DNA of 64,000 nt from Candidatus Bathyarchaeota archaeon (lineage in GTDB: Archaea > Thermoproteota > Bathyarchaeia > 40CM-2-53-6 > RBG-13-38-9): assembly GCA_963807605.1 (NCBI GenBank), contig CAWECG010000003.1:64001-128000 (forward strand), read 5' to 3'. The notes under the pieces were generated by a model. That model was not told the DNA's origin, made no database searches, and worked only from the letters and a program-made list of their open reading frames with translations. Shown one piece after another: positions 9,704 through 19,977 of this stretch; position 1 is the first letter of the stretch, and every line of letters starts with the position of its first letter. Both the position numbers and the translations under genes were made by a program.

Positions 9704-9902
9704 CGAATCAGAGTTTTTGAGTGCTAAACAACTACAGCTTTCTTCTTAGACTTTTCTGCTTTATACTCCCTCGCCCACTACGCGCGCGTAAAAGAGCCAC
9801 TAGGCTTGATAGTACTAAGAATAATGGTACTTGGGAGAGCTTTGATGGCTAATGCTGTAGATCAGATTGTTGTTTCGAATACTGCAGATGTATACTCTGG
9901 AT

Positions 9903-10152
9903 AGTATGAGTACTATGAGTATGATGAAGCCTATACTATGAATGCTTAAGCCTATACTATGAGTATGCTTGAAGCCTATGCTGAAGCCTCAAAGTATATG
10001 ATACTAGCCTTATCATCAAGCTTGCCGAAGCCTTCTGAAGCTTGCTGGCTATAGTGGTACATTTGTATACAGTTCTAGGGGATGCTAGAGAAGCATACTG
10101 GTAAGCTTAGTTAAGCTTAAGCAAGCCTATGATGACCTATGATGAGCCTATG
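9903..10152. repeat. Degenerate short tandem repeat built from AAGCCTATA/G and TACTATGAGTATG words
   Basis: AAGCCTATACTATGA at 9927 and 9948; TACTATGAGTATG at 9911 and 9955; four AAGCTT; CCTATGATGA repeated near 10126-10145. Confidence 0.8.
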
Positions 10153-10243
10153 CCAACGCGCGCGCGTAGCTATGCTTGATTCGTGAAAAGTTGGCTGACG
10201 AGCGCGGTTTCTTCCGTTCTAGCGACAAAGGTTAACAGGTTAC

Positions 10244-10411
10244 TCAAGGATATATTATGCGCAGAATCATCAGTTCCTCTAGAAGCAATGCCAGCCCTAT
10301 CACGAAGACTGCTACCGCAGCTATCGTAGTTCCCCTACTCTGGGTTCGTACCCCTATTATGACAGCCAAAACCAGGAGAGCTATTTCCATTATGAGGTTT
10401 GGAATTGACAT
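10244..10411 (-). CDS. 55-aa two-TM membrane protein (below ORF-track cutoff)
   Basis: MSIPNLIMEIALLVLAVIIGVRTQSRGTTIAAVAVFVIGLALLLEELMILRIIYP. Confidence 0.55.
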   Translation of the reverse strand: MSIPNLIMEIALLVLAVIIGVRTQSRGTTIAAVAVFVIGLALLLEELMILRIIYP

Positions 10412-10555
10412 GTGTTCTATGTGTGTTTGTCGGGCATGATAAGACTTGCTAAATTCTTATGCGCCAGAGAATTACGCGCGCTCGACTCTGCTTTGCGTCG
10501 TGCGAACGATGAAGGCGCGCGCGTCAGTGTATCTGTCTTTTGATCGCAGGGCATG

Positions 10556-10963
10556 TTACTTCTTATAGAGTGTTGAGAGCACGTATCCATATGAGATGCT
10601 TATGAAGAATCCTACGTAGATGAGCCCAACCGCTATACTGGTAGCCATGTCAACGAGGCCGACGAATGAACCGGCTGCGATGTTCATGACGAGCCAGATC
10701 ATCAGGCCGAAGTAGACGCCTTTCATGACGCCTTTCCCAGGAATCCCATCATAGAACCTTTGGTAGAACATGCTGAATATTGCGCCCCAGATTATTGTGA
10801 GGACGATCGCGCGCGCTAGAACAAAAGTTGAGGTTGAACCTGGAGCAGCTGTCATGAGCCCTGACGAAACGCCTATGATCGCAAAAATGACTCCTACTAT
10901 GCCACCGACAAGTCCTGCAATAGCACCCGCCGCAATAACGCTTTTCAAATACCCACCTCCCAT
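10556..10963 (-). CDS. Four-TM membrane protein
   Basis: Gly-rich hydrophobic helices, FYDGIPGKGVMKGVYFGLMIW. Confidence 0.7.
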   Translation of the reverse strand: MGGGYLKSVIAAGAIAGLVGGIVGVIFAIIGVSSGLMTAAPGSTSTFVLARAIVLTIIWGAIFSMFYQRFYDGIPGKGVMKGVYFGLMIWLVMNIAAGSFVGLVDMATSIAVGLIYVGFFISISYGYVLSTLYKK

Positions 10964-11071
10964 CTCGTGGATCGGTAAAAAAACCGTCAGAGCAAGAACG
11001 CGTCAAATAGATTTAACACTTGTCGCGCGCGCGTAGGATCCTGACGGCATAGCCCCAGCGGGAGACTCTTC

Positions 11072-11266
11072 ATGTTTGAGGTGTCAACTGCGCGGCGGGG
11101 AGACCGGCTGACTTTTCGCGAGGAGAAGAGGAAGGTTGAGCTTCTAGTCAAGATCTCCGCGAGGAAAGGAATAGATCTGTCAGACTATCTCAGAATGGCC
11201 CTGCGGGAAGCCTTGAGATCGGATCCCCTGGTGACGGAGGAGGAGAAGAAGGCACCCGGCCTCTAG
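11072..11266 (+). CDS. Ribbon-helix-helix (CopG-like) DNA-binding protein
   Basis: RLTFR...LLVKISARKGIDLSDYLRMALREAL. Confidence 0.6.
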   Translation: MFEVSTARRGDRLTFREEKRKVELLVKISARKGIDLSDYLRMALREALRSDPLVTEEEKKAPGL

Positions 11267-11345
11267 GCCATATCACAAGAGCGTAAGATTAGAAGAGAGC
11301 ACTGGCCGGTAAATTCGCGCGGGGGAGCGTTAAGGGATCAAAGCC

Positions 11346-11618
11346 TTAAGAGAAGACCTGGGAGCCAAACTTGCGCCGATGGAAGGGTGAGGTGCTTTTG
11401 TTCATCCACTCTGCATCCGATCCCGTATTTACTTCCATTAGACTCTCAATCTTGTAGAGGTAGTCCTTCTTGCTGCATGTAGATGTCTTGCCGCATCGAG
11501 GACACCTCTCTGGGATATTGACTAGTGGTGCAACTCTGAAGGTGTCGTAGTCCATCTCTATTGTTGCGAGGTGTGTACTACCGCATCCTGGAACCTTGCA
11601 TCTGACCATTAAAGGCAT
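11346..11618 (-). CDS. Small zinc-ribbon protein
   Basis: CKVPGC ... CPRCG. Confidence 0.55.
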   Translation of the reverse strand: MPLMVRCKVPGCGSTHLATIEMDYDTFRVAPLVNIPERCPRCGKTSTCSKKDYLYKIESLMEVNTGSDAEWMNKSTSPFHRRKFGSQVFS

Positions 11619-11784
11619 AACTAGGATCTAATACTGCATGGTGTTGCTTCTGGCAGTGTTGCAATATCTGGTGTGTGCTCAATCTCAAAGTTTATGTCAC
11701 TTTAGTCTTCAATGTCCTGTTACGCCAGCCTACGCGGGGGCTAGACCATACAGGGGCCACTTTCAAGGATAGAGGAAAAGCAGT

Positions 11785-12336
11785 ATGAAGACTGGGCCTG
11801 CGGTAGAAACATCCGAACCGGCCAAACTCAACATTCAGGTCTCAACTGAGTCAAAGGCGAAGATGTTCTTTGGGCTGATACCTACGAAGGAAATCGTCAG
11901 AGGTCAGAAATTCAAGATTAAGCTCACAATTCGAAATATGTCAAGGACGAAGCCCTTCAAGGGGAGATATCATATTGATATCGTATATCCAACAAGAGAG
12001 AGAAATCGCATTAAACATGAGGCATTGCAACCATGGGAACCGGGGAGCGAATTGACTGAAGAGATTGAATTTGAGGCGCTCTCTGAAGGATATGCTCTAA
12101 TTGAGTTCTATCCAGAGAGAGGTGAATCCATCGAGATTGTAGATGATGCTGGCAATACTATCGAGCATGGGCCCGCGTCTGCGCATGAACCGCCTGCGCT
12201 TGGGATCTTTCATGTAACAACTAATCGAGACATCTACGCCTTCTATGCAGTTGTGATTAGCCTTTTTGCACTCTTGATAATTGCGGCTGAGAAGGTCGTC
12301 TCTTTACTGAATTTCTTCCTTCGTCGGCAGCCCTAG
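11785..12336 (+). CDS. Hypothetical beta-rich protein with a C-terminal TM helix
   Basis: 183 aa, IYAFYAVVISLFALLIIAA anchor. Confidence 0.65.
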   Translation: MKTGPAVETSEPAKLNIQVSTESKAKMFFGLIPTKEIVRGQKFKIKLTIRNMSRTKPFKGRYHIDIVYPTRERNRIKHEALQPWEPGSELTEEIEFEALSEGYALIEFYPERGESIEIVDDAGNTIEHGPASAHEPPALGIFHVTTNRDIYAFYAVVISLFALLIIAAEKVVSLLNFFLRRQP

Positions 12337-12889
12337 TTCAAGCCCATCTTTGAGCGCGCGCGCGTAAGCGTAAGATCAAAAGAAAAGCAGCGAACGTACC
12401 GTTCGCTGGGTATGGGAAAACAGGGCTACTGTTCCTCATGGAATCTGCGTCTACGGGCCCAGCCTTACAGCAATGGTATGCTTGCAGGATCCGGTTCTGT
12501 CAAGGCTTCGGGTGATATTTCTCCCTATCAAGTTGGGGAGATTCCTTGTGGGGATTCTGGTGGCTTGTTTCGAATTAGTTGCAGAACCTCGTCTTCAGTG
12601 ATAGGCTCATTTTTTTTGAAGCCAACTTTTACCATCTCGAATCTGATTGCATCAAATTTCTGACTTGTACCTTGAGCCAGTATTTTCTACGCGCGCGCGT
12701 CGCTTAGGCTTCTTCTTCGCCAACTTGGGCTTGCAACTGCCTGACTGTGAGAGCCCAATGCTAAACGAAAAGTTCTGAAGATCAAGGCGGCCTGGCAAAA
12801 GAAGACACCGGATCGAGTCGGGCGGCACCCTAGAAAGTGCTTTATCGTCAGATCAAAGATTACAAACATGATGCCTAGGGTGTTGCCCA

Positions 12890-14683
12890 ATGAAGAAGCG
12901 CCCCAAAAGCAATGATAAACCCTACAAACTAAAAGTAGGGGATGACCCGGTAGAGAGTTTCGAGTCTGACCTCCTTGATTTCAAAAACCCAGCCATAGAA
13001 CTTGCAAAGGACCTTTACGAGATCTCCAAGACCTCTGGAGTTTGCTGCGGCGTGGTCGGTTCGTGGGGAAGCGGTAAATCAAGCTTCATGAAATTGATGG
13101 ACGAACATGTGCGAAAGGAGTATACTGGAAAGAAAGGATACACGGCATGGTTCACAGCATGGGATCCCGGCGGAGCACATGATCTAGGAGACGCGATGCT
13201 ACACAGCCTTTTCCGCGAACTTGCCGAAGGAAACAAAGAGCTATCGAACCCTTTCAAAGAACTTGAAAACGCTCTCGGAATGCGCCGAAGTGCCAAGCAG
13301 ACAGTCGGTCGAATCTTACAGAATGTCTCGGGAGCATTACCTGAGGGAGGACGCGTTGCAGCAAAAGCCACTGGTAGCTTGCTTTGCGAATTAGATACAT
13401 CAAGGACGATCAGAGAATCTTTTGTCAGCCTTATGGAGTGGCTTAGGAAAGAAGACTGCACGGTCTTCTACTTTATTGACGACATAGATCGTGCTTCAGG
13501 AGACCAAATCAGAGATCTCTTGTCTGAGCTTAAGTTGTATGTAAGCCATTCCGGGATCATTGCTATCTTGGGATATGACACAGACTACGTAGTTAATGCA
13601 TTAAGAGTTCCAGGAATACTGCCCCAGGGCACAGACCCGGAGAAGTATCTAGAGAAGATAGTGACCATCAGAAGAAACGTTCCAACGGCAAGCTTCGTGA
13701 AAATGAGGGAGTACGCAGCCCTTCTTACACAAACGATGACCAATCTCATCAAAGATTCCGGAGTGATTGCTTATCTAGCAGCCCTTCTATCTTCTGGTAA
13801 CCCTCGGCAATTGAAGCGCCTTATTCTCAGGTTCACCAACCTTATTGACTCTGAGTTCGTGAAACAGACTAATCTGTCCTCACGGGACCTTCGATACGTA
13901 ATACTGAGTGCGCTTCTAATCACAGCAGCTGCCGAGATGGGCCTCCTAGCGGATGACGGCATTAGAGATTCCCTACAAACCTCTCAAGGACTCGAAGCCA
14001 TGCTTCAAGAATACATTAAAAACCACCCATCGAAGACAAAGGAAGTAGAACTTTTCAAAGAAGCAATGATGAAGATCCCGGGACTCGCAAGTGGGCTTAT
14101 AGGAGAGCTAAGGTTGCATCAATATCCGGGATCTGCACAATTATGGGTTCCTGAAGGGTTGGAAAAACGCGGACCACCATTTGACTGGAGACATGTGATA
14201 ATCCCAATTATTTCTAGTGCTGCTGAACATGGATTCAAGATACCGCCAAGTATCGCAGACTCCTCGGAAGATATTACTGTTCCACCCTCCGCAACTAACA
14301 TCGTCGAAGGAAGCCGATTGGCAAACTATCTTACTGCTGCCTACGCATATTTACAAGGAGAGACGGGTAATGTTTGTCTACTAACTTGGAATCAATTCAA
14401 TATGTTCGTTCAGGTTTTCGATTCGAGCCGTGGCAGTCCCTTTAGTATCTTCGGCGATTATGCCAATCGATCTGCGCTCCGTACCTCAGAGAAAGGCTTT
14501 GCAGCTTGGATAATCGATGAAGGGGGTCAAATAGATAGTTCTGAATGGACACGCATCGCCCAAGTCGCTCAAGAATCCTCAAAAGGTCTGAAGAATCCGC
14601 TGGTATTCTTGTACACACCCGCCTCCAAGATCGAGGCATTGGTGTCATTTCTTTTGAAAGTCTCGCAAGGGCAGCCTGACTAA
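12890..14683 (+). CDS. KAP-family P-loop NTPase
   Basis: GVVGSWGSGKSS (Walker A), WFTAW, FIDDIDR (Walker B), YLEKIV, NPRQLKR. Confidence 0.9.
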   Translation: MKKRPKSNDKPYKLKVGDDPVESFESDLLDFKNPAIELAKDLYEISKTSGVCCGVVGSWGSGKSSFMKLMDEHVRKEYTGKKGYTAWFTAWDPGGAHDLGDAMLHSLFRELAEGNKELSNPFKELENALGMRRSAKQTVGRILQNVSGALPEGGRVAAKATGSLLCELDTSRTIRESFVSLMEWLRKEDCTVFYFIDDIDRASGDQIRDLLSELKLYVSHSGIIAILGYDTDYVVNALRVPGILPQGTDPEKYLEKIVTIRRNVPTASFVKMREYAALLTQTMTNLIKDSGVIAYLAALLSSGNPRQLKRLILRFTNLIDSEFVKQTNLSSRDLRYVILSALLITAAAEMGLLADDGIRDSLQTSQGLEAMLQEYIKNHPSKTKEVELFKEAMMKIPGLASGLIGELRLHQYPGSAQLWVPEGLEKRGPPFDWRHVIIPIISSAAEHGFKIPPSIADSSEDITVPPSATNIVEGSRLANYLTAAYAYLQGETGNVCLLTWNQFNMFVQVFDSSRGSPFSIFGDYANRSALRTSEKGFAAWIIDEGGQIDSSEWTRIAQVAQESSKGLKNPLVFLYTPASKIEALVSFLLKVSQGQPD

Positions 14684-15123
14684 CAATGCGGCACCCCTCT
14701 GATCATCCTCATCTGAGGACAAGGAGATTACCCCGACAAGGCATCTAAGCACCAAGAAGCTGTCGCAACACTTGGATTAGTCATTTGATACTCGTCACAT
14801 GATAAGACGGACCTGTAGACGCTAGAAGCTTCTGTTAAGGCTTCCAGTCGTTTCAGTTTGGCAAGCAGGTCGGGTCTGCACTTGCACGGCTGCTCAATTT
14901 CACGATGAGTTGCGAAGAGGCTACAGTAGTCACAATACATAATCTCAATATCCACACCCTTCAATCTTGTAATCTTGTGTGACGGATGAGGATTCATCAA
15001 GACAACCCCCGACGCAACTATCAACTGAGAAATCATGGGGAATAAAAGATAGAGAGAACAGCGAGAAAGCGGCCCTTGATGACCTCCAAACTCTCAGATA
15101 TCTTTTGGGCAAAGCCTAATTGA

Positions 15124-15660
15124 TTGAGCGTCTATCGTGAGCGTATGGATGAGTGGCTGAGTGTTCTTACCAATTTTCTAGCGACTTTTGTCGGTGTAGG
15201 CTTGGCCTTCGGACTCACATTCTGGTATGATCGACGTAACAAAACAGTTCAAACGTGGGAAACGAAGATTCGCATTCTTGAGGCCATTATTCTCGAGTAT
15301 CAAATGACCCTTGATTTACTGGGTCAATTAGTTGAAGGAGAAGTGAAGCCAGACAAGCCTATCCGTTTTTCTACCTTGGCTGTCGATTCCGCAGTGGGAT
15401 CCGGTGATTTATCGCTTCTAGACCCGAACATCCAACAGGCCATTGGCGAATTGAGAACATATTTCAAGGAAGCGGAGATGTATTCAGATAAGATACTCTC
15501 GATGATTGGATCTGCTGATATGGCAATGTCTAATGCACCAATTGAACTGATTAGGTTTAGAGCATCCTCGACAACAACACAAAACACTCTGCGTGTGAGA
15601 ATACCTCAAGTACTCAAAGTTCTCAAAGATGAAGTAGAGAGACTTAAAAAACAGAGGTGA
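15124..15660 (+). CDS. Hypothetical protein with an N-terminal TM helix (start may be 15145)
   Basis: FLATFVGVGLAFGLTFWY followed by a helical domain. Confidence 0.65.
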   Translation: MSVYRERMDEWLSVLTNFLATFVGVGLAFGLTFWYDRRNKTVQTWETKIRILEAIILEYQMTLDLLGQLVEGEVKPDKPIRFSTLAVDSAVGSGDLSLLDPNIQQAIGELRTYFKEAEMYSDKILSMIGSADMAMSNAPIELIRFRASSTTTQNTLRVRIPQVLKVLKDEVERLKKQR

Positions 15661-15667
15661 CCGTCGT

Positions 15668-16054
15668 TTGGAATACTGTCCTTATTGTCAAAGATGGGTT
15701 GAACCGAAGAAAGACTATAACGATCTTATTGCAGGAGGTGTCATATTCGGAGCTGCAGGTGCACTAGTCGGAGGTGCCCACCACCTGCTCAAAGGCTCCC
15801 GATGCCCAATCTGCAATAACATAATACAAGGCAGAGGAGCTGCAACCGTACCTCCACAAGCCCTGTCACAACCACCACATCAACAATACCCACCTCCACC
15901 TTTGCCGTATCAAATGGCTAATGCTCAACGTTCGTACCCCCCAGCCCCACAACCCCTAACTCCTGGAACCAGCCACAACTGCCCGAGATGTGGCCAGCCA
16001 CTAGTCTGGACACCTCAACTCCAACGATGGTACTGCTACTACTGCAAGACATAG
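15668..16054 (+). CDS. Zinc-ribbon / Pro-Gln-rich protein
   Basis: CPYC, CPIC, CPRC and CYYC pairs with a glycine-zipper segment and a proline-rich linker. Confidence 0.65.
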   Translation: MEYCPYCQRWVEPKKDYNDLIAGGVIFGAAGALVGGAHHLLKGSRCPICNNIIQGRGAATVPPQALSQPPHQQYPPPPLPYQMANAQRSYPPAPQPLTPGTSHNCPRCGQPLVWTPQLQRWYCYYCKT

Positions 16055-16256
16055 CGTCTTCATGAGTTGTTTTTGACTCTTAACACGACAGTGGAGAAGC
16101 CAACATAGTGGGCCTGCGACTGACTGAGAGCGAGACCCTAATTTGAAAACTTGACAGAACCGCATGGGTTAGACTTTGAAACTTGCCGGAACTGATACTG
16201 AAAACAAACCAGGCTGGCGAGGGTTTCAGCTTAAATAATGTGAAAATTCTCACATA

Positions 16257-16664
16257 ATGAGGAAAAAATCTATGATTGATACGAGTCGCTACGAACGTGG
16301 CTGGAAAAAGCTAAGAGAGATTCATGGCAAAGTTGGTGAGCGTGTCATCGAAGATCTTCAGTCAATAGCGCCTGATTTTGCGCGTTACCTAATAGAATTC
16401 ACATTTGGCGACATTTACTCTCGTCCAGGTCTGGATTTAAAGTCGAGAGAGGCAGCTGCAGTTGCAGTTTTGACGGCTCTTGGAAACGCTCAAACCCAAC
16501 TCAAGGCACACATTCATGGAGCGCTGAATGTTGGTTGCACTCGTGAGGAGATCGTTGAGGTGATCATGCAGACTGCTGTTTATGCGGGGTTTCCTTCGGC
16601 TCTGAACGCCATGAGCGTGGCTAACGAGGTTTTTCAGGAACGTGCCGCTCAAAGACAGCCCTGA
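16257..16664 (+). CDS. Carboxymuconolactone decarboxylase family protein
   Basis: FGDIYSRPGLDLKSRE, HIHGALNVG, EIVEVIMQTAVYAGFP. Confidence 0.92.
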   Translation: MRKKSMIDTSRYERGWKKLREIHGKVGERVIEDLQSIAPDFARYLIEFTFGDIYSRPGLDLKSREAAAVAVLTALGNAQTQLKAHIHGALNVGCTREEIVEVIMQTAVYAGFPSALNAMSVANEVFQERAAQRQP

Positions 16665-17000
16665 CACTAAAGAAATAGAAGACCCCCCCCCAAGGCAGCC
16701 CCTATCCGTGAAGCCATCAAGAAGATCAAAACTCTCCTCGAGAACGACCCATACAGTCAACCAATCCACTAGGGGATCCCTTGAAAACACCATGCATCAT
16801 CCAGAAAGAACCTTAACGTTTTCTTCATGGATTCGTAATGATGACTTACAACTACTCTTGATCGTCTTGTTAGTGCACACCATTTCCAGCACACATTTCG
16901 CAGTAGGGGCAGTAAGAATACCATTCATCGCAAAGAACACCAGTAGAAAGACAGTTTGGTCTGGGTCGAGACGCAGCGGAAGATACCTCTCGCGCGCGCG

Positions 17001-17175
17001 TCCCAACAATCCTCTCTTCATCGGCTGCAAGACGGAAGACTACTCCAAACGGATGAAGAATATACGGCTGACCTACCTTGTCAACCTGTCCGCGATGAGC
17101 CTTCACCGCCAGAAGAATAGCATCGTCCAATGTTGTTTTCCGCTTTGCCTTCTTCTTCGAAGATGACCTAGTCAT
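17001..17175 (-). pseudogene. HD-domain (RelA/SpoT-like hydrolase) protein, truncated before the HD motif
   Basis: LDDAILLAVKAHRGQVDKVGQPYILHP...EERIVG, then the (CG)5 tract where VLHD is expected. Confidence 0.85.
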
Positions 17176-17428
17176 ACCAGACAACGCCACCTGTGGCGAG
17201 CGCCCCGTACCGTTTGCTAGATTGACAAGTACCGGGTTAACCCTTTCCCTTTGTCTATCCTCCACAAGCAGATGTGCGAAGGAGAAGAAATCTTTTTGAC
17301 TACCCGCCAAGGCATGAAAAACCATAGCGCGTTAGGATGCCGCGATTCCCAAGCCCCGTTATGATATCGCTCATGACGCGAGGAAGCGGATATAAGCTCA
17401 CACAAGAGAATACTTTGATGACTGTGAC

Positions 17429-19618
17429 TTGTCTAAGACAGATACTTCTGTCGGAAACCTTGTCGAATGGATGAGGAGTGGGGAACTACGCCTCCTAGAG
17501 ATACAGCGCCGGTATGTATGGCCCGCAACACGTGTGAGAGACCTCCTCGATTCGTTGTACCGCCAATACCCGACTGGCACCATCCTCGTCTGGGAGACTG
17601 ACCAACCGAAGCCAAGTAAGAATCTGGCCGTTTCACAAGAAGAGAGTCCCTTCAAGGGACGAAGGCTGCTCTTAGATGGCCAACAGCGACTCACCTCCCT
17701 CTACGCGGTCATACTCGGCCAACCCGTGACAGTCCGAGGACGCAAAAAACCAATTGAGATTCTGTTTAACCTCGAGCATCCGGAGAAGTTTGAAGGAGAA
17801 GTGGAAGAGATTGAATACGACACAAGGACTGACGACTCAGATTCTGACGACTCAACTGAGGAAGAAAACACCCCCAACGTCTAGCAGCGACTGAAGCAGA
17901 GGACATTCGTTGTAGAAAGCAAGGCTCTACTCGCGGATCCGCACTGGGTCAAGGTAACAGACATCTTCACGAAATCTGATGCACAAATCCTCAAACCATT
18001 AGTGAAAAGCCTCGACGATCCAAACTATGAAAAATACTCTGAGCGATTACAAAAAGTCCGCAAGATCAAGGATTATCCATATGTAGTGCAAGTTCTAGAC
18101 AAAAGTCTTGACTATCCAGAAGTCACTGAGATTTTTGTCCGCGTTAACTCCCTTGGCATGAAGCTGCGCGGATCAGATCTAGCACTTGCCCAGATAACGT
18201 CACGTTGGCAAGACTCGTTGCGACTTTTCGAAGATTTCCAAGAGGAATGTGAGGAACGAGGCCTCACGATCGATCTCGGAGTTCTCGTCAGAGCAATGGT
18301 CGTCTTTGCCACAGATCATAGCAGATTTCTAACAGTCAATACGATTCTCATTAATAAGTTGAAGTCAGCATGGGAAACCACCAAAGATGGCGTTCAGTTC
18401 GCCGCAAACTTCCTTCTAGCCAACGCTGCGATAGAAGACATCAGCCTACTTTCGTCTCCCATCTTCATCATAACACTAGCTTACGCTTTGACCAAGAGAG
18501 GCAAGCAACTGACCGGTGAGGAAGAGCGCGCACTGAAGCAATGGCTCTACATCGCAAGTGCTCGTGGCCACTATTCAGGCTCTTCTGAGTCGACTCTGGA
18601 CAGCGATCTAGCGGCAATTCTTAAGGGCGGTGCATTAGAGCTGCTTAACATTCGCAATCAACTCGGCGGAATGCCTATCTTGCCAAGTGATCTAGCCGGC
18701 CGTGGAAGAAATAGTCTCCTCTTCCCCATGACGTACCTCGCGTTGAAGGCACTTGGTGCGAAAGACTGGAGCACCCAACTTGGACTTAGCCTCGCAAACC
18801 AAGGACATCAACATGCAATCCAACATCATCATATTTTTCCAAAAGCCCAACTCAGGAAGGCGGGTTACGAAAGAAGCGAGATCAATGAAATCGCCAACAT
18901 GGCCTTTATCTCGGCTGGAACGAACCGAGAACTGTCAACCACCTCTGCAGAGGAATATCTCGCAGATATCCTGAAACGCCTTGGCAAGCAGTCCTTGGAG
19001 AGTCACTGTATTCCAACAGAGCCGAGCCTTTGGAAAATAGAATCATTCCGTGAGTTTCTCAAATACAGACGCGCCGCTCTTGCAAAGGCAGTCAACGATT
19101 TCATCCTACAACAAGGACCTGAATCAGAAGCAGTTGACATAGAGAAGCTAGTAGATCTAGGCGAAAACGAGAACGTCGAGTTCAAGACTTCGGCACGCTG
19201 GGACTACCGTGCAAACATGGTCAACAAGGCTTTGGAGAGGGTTATTGTGAAATCTCTGGCTGGGTTTCTGAACGGCAAGGGCGGAGTACTCATTCTTGGT
19301 GTGGACGACAGTGGTGCATTGGTTGGGTTGGAGAAGGATTATTCCACATTGTCCAGCAGACCTAACCGAGATGGATACTATCAGTTTCTGGTAAACCTGT
19401 ATTCGTCTCTGGGACGAGACATAAGCAGCAATATCTCCGTGGTATTTCACAACTTGAAGAATCGCGAAATATGTGCGCTGAAGATAGGCCACAGCTCGAG
19501 GCCTGTCTGGGTTGAGGATGGGATACTGAGGAGATTTTACCTTAGAAGCGAAAACACCACACAGGAACTCAATGCTCAGGAAGCAACAGAGTACATCAGA
19601 ATTAAGTGGCCCAAGTGA
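17429..19618 (+). pseudogene. GmrSD-type DUF262 + HNH-like nuclease fused to an AlbA_2/Schlafen domain, interrupted by one in-frame TAG (17882-17884)
   Basis: IQRRYVW, LLDGQQRLT, FVRVNSLG, QHHHIFPK...NEIANM, GENENVEFK...GFLNGKGGVLILGVDD; the 151-aa and 538-aa ORFs are in frame, with 39 open codons between them. Confidence 0.85.
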
Positions 19619-19977
19619 GGGATGGGAACATGCAAATCAATCCCCAGATTCGCGAACTTGCCTACGATACTTTGCCTTCAGACACGCTGAAGAAGGCTTA
19701 CCGGCTAGCGCGCGCTATTCCTTAAGGAAGAACTTAGAGGTAAAGACATTTTTCGAATCTGGTCCCATCCAGGAAAAACCATCTAAGAATAACTTCCTAG
19801 TCTTCGACTTATGACTCTTGGGACTCGGATCCAACGGTGTATGGTGGGCGATTGTGGTTGTTTTAAGCATGCTTTCAAGTTGTTCTTTCCTGCCGCCCAA
19901 ATTGAGGTTATGTTTGCGCAGTAACCTATATCCTTATATTTCATATGACGTAATCCCCTTTAGAGGGGGAAAACAGA

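Noticed and set aside
9903-10152. Possible CRISPR array
   Set aside because: Units are short, irregular and adjacent, with no constant repeat-spacer period and no cas genes
12822-14696. 9-bp direct repeat GCGGCACCC flanking the KAP NTPase gene
   Set aside because: Too short, and not accompanied by element ends; compatible with chance
14728-15036. Cys-containing 102-aa minus-strand ORF
   Set aside because: No recognisable family or ribosome-binding site; may be real but cannot be supported
16642-17325. ORF-track calls 16642..17166 (+) and full-length 16870..17325 (-)
   Set aside because: The first is an antisense shadow; the second is a chimera of the HD fragment with unrelated sequence across the CG tract
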